Positions 62,353 through 64,000 of a DNA stretch of 64,000 nt are shown piece after piece; position 1 is the first letter of the stretch, and every line of letters begins with the position of its first letter. The translations under genes and the position numbers were made by a program. The DNA is from Utricularia gibba (lineage: Eukaryota > Plantae > Magnoliophyta), in assembly GCA_002189035.1 (NCBI GenBank), contig NEEC01000101.1, positions 1-64,000 on the forward strand. Direction: 5' to 3'. Under the pieces are notes generated by a model. The model saw only the letters and a program-made list of their open reading frames with translations, had not been told where the DNA came from and did no database searches.

Positions 62353-64000
62353 TGTAGCCCGGAAAATAAGTCATGCATTTATCAACGTTGGGTTTTCGGC
62401 GGCTGCCTAAATGGTTTTTCAAGCAACAGCTTGCCGTTTTAAGGCGGGTGCTGTCGTTGGCAGCTTTGTAAGGGCCCAAGGTTTGGTCTGGCTCCTGAGC
62501 CCAATCGGGTCCTACTCGATGAAAATCGTGATGCATTTAATGAAGTTAGGATGTCATGAGCGCCCCAAATGGTTTTCTCAACAACCTGATTTATATTTGA
62601 CGAGGTGCTCTAGGCTGGCACTAGTATCGAGCAAATGGTCGAGTCGCGCTCTGGCCCATAGTCATTTGTAGCCCGGCCAAAAAAGTGATGCATTTATTAA
62701 CGTTGGGTTTTCGGCGGCTGCCTACATGCTTTTTCAAGGAAAAGTTGTCGTTTTTTGGCGGGTGCTGTTGTTGGGAACTTCGTCCGGACCCAAGGTTCGG
62801 TCTGACTTCACAGCACAATAGGTCCCATTCGACGAAAATCGTGATACCTTTATTGCTGTTAGGATCTCATGATTACCCCAAATGCTTTTTTCAACAGCAT
62901 GCTATACACTTGAGAAGGCGCTTTTGTGGGTCACCGAGATCGGCCGGAATTCGGGTCGAGCTCGGGCCCAAAGTCAGCTGTAGCCCGATAAAAGAAGTGA
63001 TGCATTTATTAACGTTGGGTTGTCGGCGGCTGCCCACATGGTTTTTCAAGCAACAGCTTGCCGTTTTAAGGCGGGTGCTGTCGTTGGCAGCTTTGTAAGG
63101 GCCCAAGGTTGGTCTGGCTCCTGAGCCCAATCGGGTCCTACTCGATGAAAATCGTGATGCATTTAATGAAGTTAGGATGTCATGAGCGCCCCAAATGGTT
63201 TTCTCAACAACCTGATTTATATTTGACGAGGTGCTCTAGGCTGGCACTAGTATCGAGCAAATGGTCGAGTCGCGCTCTGGCCCATAGTCATTTGTAGCCC
63301 GGCCAAAAAAGTGATGCATTTATTAACGTTGGGTTTTCGGCGGCTGCCTACATGCTTTTTCAAGGAAAAGTTGTCGTTTTTTGGCGGGTGCTGTTGTTGG
63401 GAACTTCGTCCGGACCCAAGGTTCGGTCTGACTTCACAGCACAATAAGGTCCCATTCGACGAAAATCGTGATACCTTTATTGAAGTTAGGATCTCATGAC
63501 CGCCCCAAATGCTTTTTTCAACAGCATGCTTTAAACTTGAGAAGGCGCTTTTGTGGGTCACCGAGATCGGGCCGGAATTCAGGTCGGGCTTGGGGACAAA
63601 GTCAGCTGTAGCCCGTCAAAAGAAGTGATGCATTTATTAACGTTGGGTTGTCGGCGGCTGCCCACATTTTCAAGCAACAGCTTGCCGTTTTAAGGCGGGT
63701 GCTGTCGTTGGCAGCTTTGTAAGGGCCCAAGGTTCGGCTCCTGAGCCCAATCGGGTCCTACTCGATGAAAATCGTGATGCATTTGCTTTTGTTAGGATGT
63801 CATGAGAACCCCAATGGGTTTTCTCCACACTCTACTTTATATTTGAGAAGGCGCTCTCGGGGGGTTTTGGATTGGGCCAGAGGTCGGGTCGGGCTCACGC
63901 CCATAGTCAGTTGTAGCCCGGAAAATAAGTCATGCATTTATCAACGTTGGGTTTTCGGCGGCTGCCTAAATGGTTTTTCAAGCAACAGCTTGCCGTTTTA

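Larger units (their letters stand above)
1..64000. repeat. Tandem satellite DNA array, ~314-bp monomer, predominantly a 5-monomer HOR (~1.56-1.57 kb); candidate centromeric/pericentromeric satellite
   Basis: The anchor TGTAGCC...TGATGCATTTAT(T/C)AACGTTGG recurs every ~314 bp through the whole window, always in the same orientation (e.g. 57052, 57366, 57680, 57995, 58309). The A-type head TGTAGCCCGGAAAATAAG, or a degraded remnant of it (18440, 30187), occurs 43 times from 61 to 63912, mostly 1560-1570 bp apart. The tandem structure is seen directly; the centromeric role is inference. Confidence 0.98.

Noticed and set aside
56-63561. Hundreds of 60-181-aa ORFs on both strands (e.g. 33577-34122, 181 aa)
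   Set aside because: They are the same few peptides recurring with the repeat period, overlapping in several frames, and their lengths change with random indels. I recognise no domain, so they are not genes.
1-64000. CRISPR array or repeat-spacer system
   Set aside because: There are no unique spacers; the sequence between conserved motifs is itself repeated, and no cas-like ORFs are present.
1-64000. Tandem 5S rDNA, tRNA, snRNA or SL-RNA gene array
   Set aside because: GAAGTTAGG and GGTTCGG only superficially resemble 5S box A and the Pol III B box. I see no 120-nt 5S sequence or cloverleaf, and the 157-bp dimer structure fits a satellite. An Infernal/Rfam scan would settle this.
1-64000. 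Assignment to CentC, CentO, CEN178 or alpha satellite
   Set aside because: The subunit length is similar to CentC/CentO, but I cannot see their sequence motifs on either strand. No family or species is assigned without a database search.
1-64000. Scattered 1-bp changes in homopolymer runs (CCCC, GGGG, AAAAAA, TTTTTT)
   Set aside because: They are sporadic, not shared between neighbouring HORs and typical of long-read error, so they were not used to define haplotypes.
1-64000. Polylinker-like density of restriction sites (EcoRI, SacI, ApaI, SpeI, NsiI, SphI) suggesting a synthetic construct
   Set aside because: The sites are embedded in diverged, hierarchically evolved monomers with natural-looking variant layers, and there are no vector elements.

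Overview
The whole 64 kb is one uninterrupted, head-to-tail tandem satellite array (about 48% GC from a 300-nt hand count), most likely eukaryotic centromeric or pericentromeric DNA. I could not assign it to a named family or species. I see no genes, RNA genes, transposons, CRISPR or inversions; the listed ORFs are short recurrent read-throughs of the repeat. The array is hierarchical. A ~157-bp ancestral subunit is dimerised into a ~314-bp monomer. Five monomer types (A-E) form higher-order repeats (HORs) that all follow the rule A-(B-C)n-D-E with n=0-3. I count 42 complete HORs (~206 monomers): 29 five-mers (~1.56-1.57 kb), 8 three-mers (~0.94 kb), 4 seven-mers (~2.18 kb) and 1 nine-mer. Diagnostic variants divide the array into mirror-like layers. 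The left (1 to ~11.7 kb) and right (~55.8-64 kb) ends share one haplotype, including a rare 7-mer, and enclose a different central haplotype. Each HOR carries one G-quadruplex-like G-rich block, which in most central HORs contains a plant-type telomere motif (TTTAGGG). Many small indels look like long-read or consensus errors, so single-copy variants need caution.
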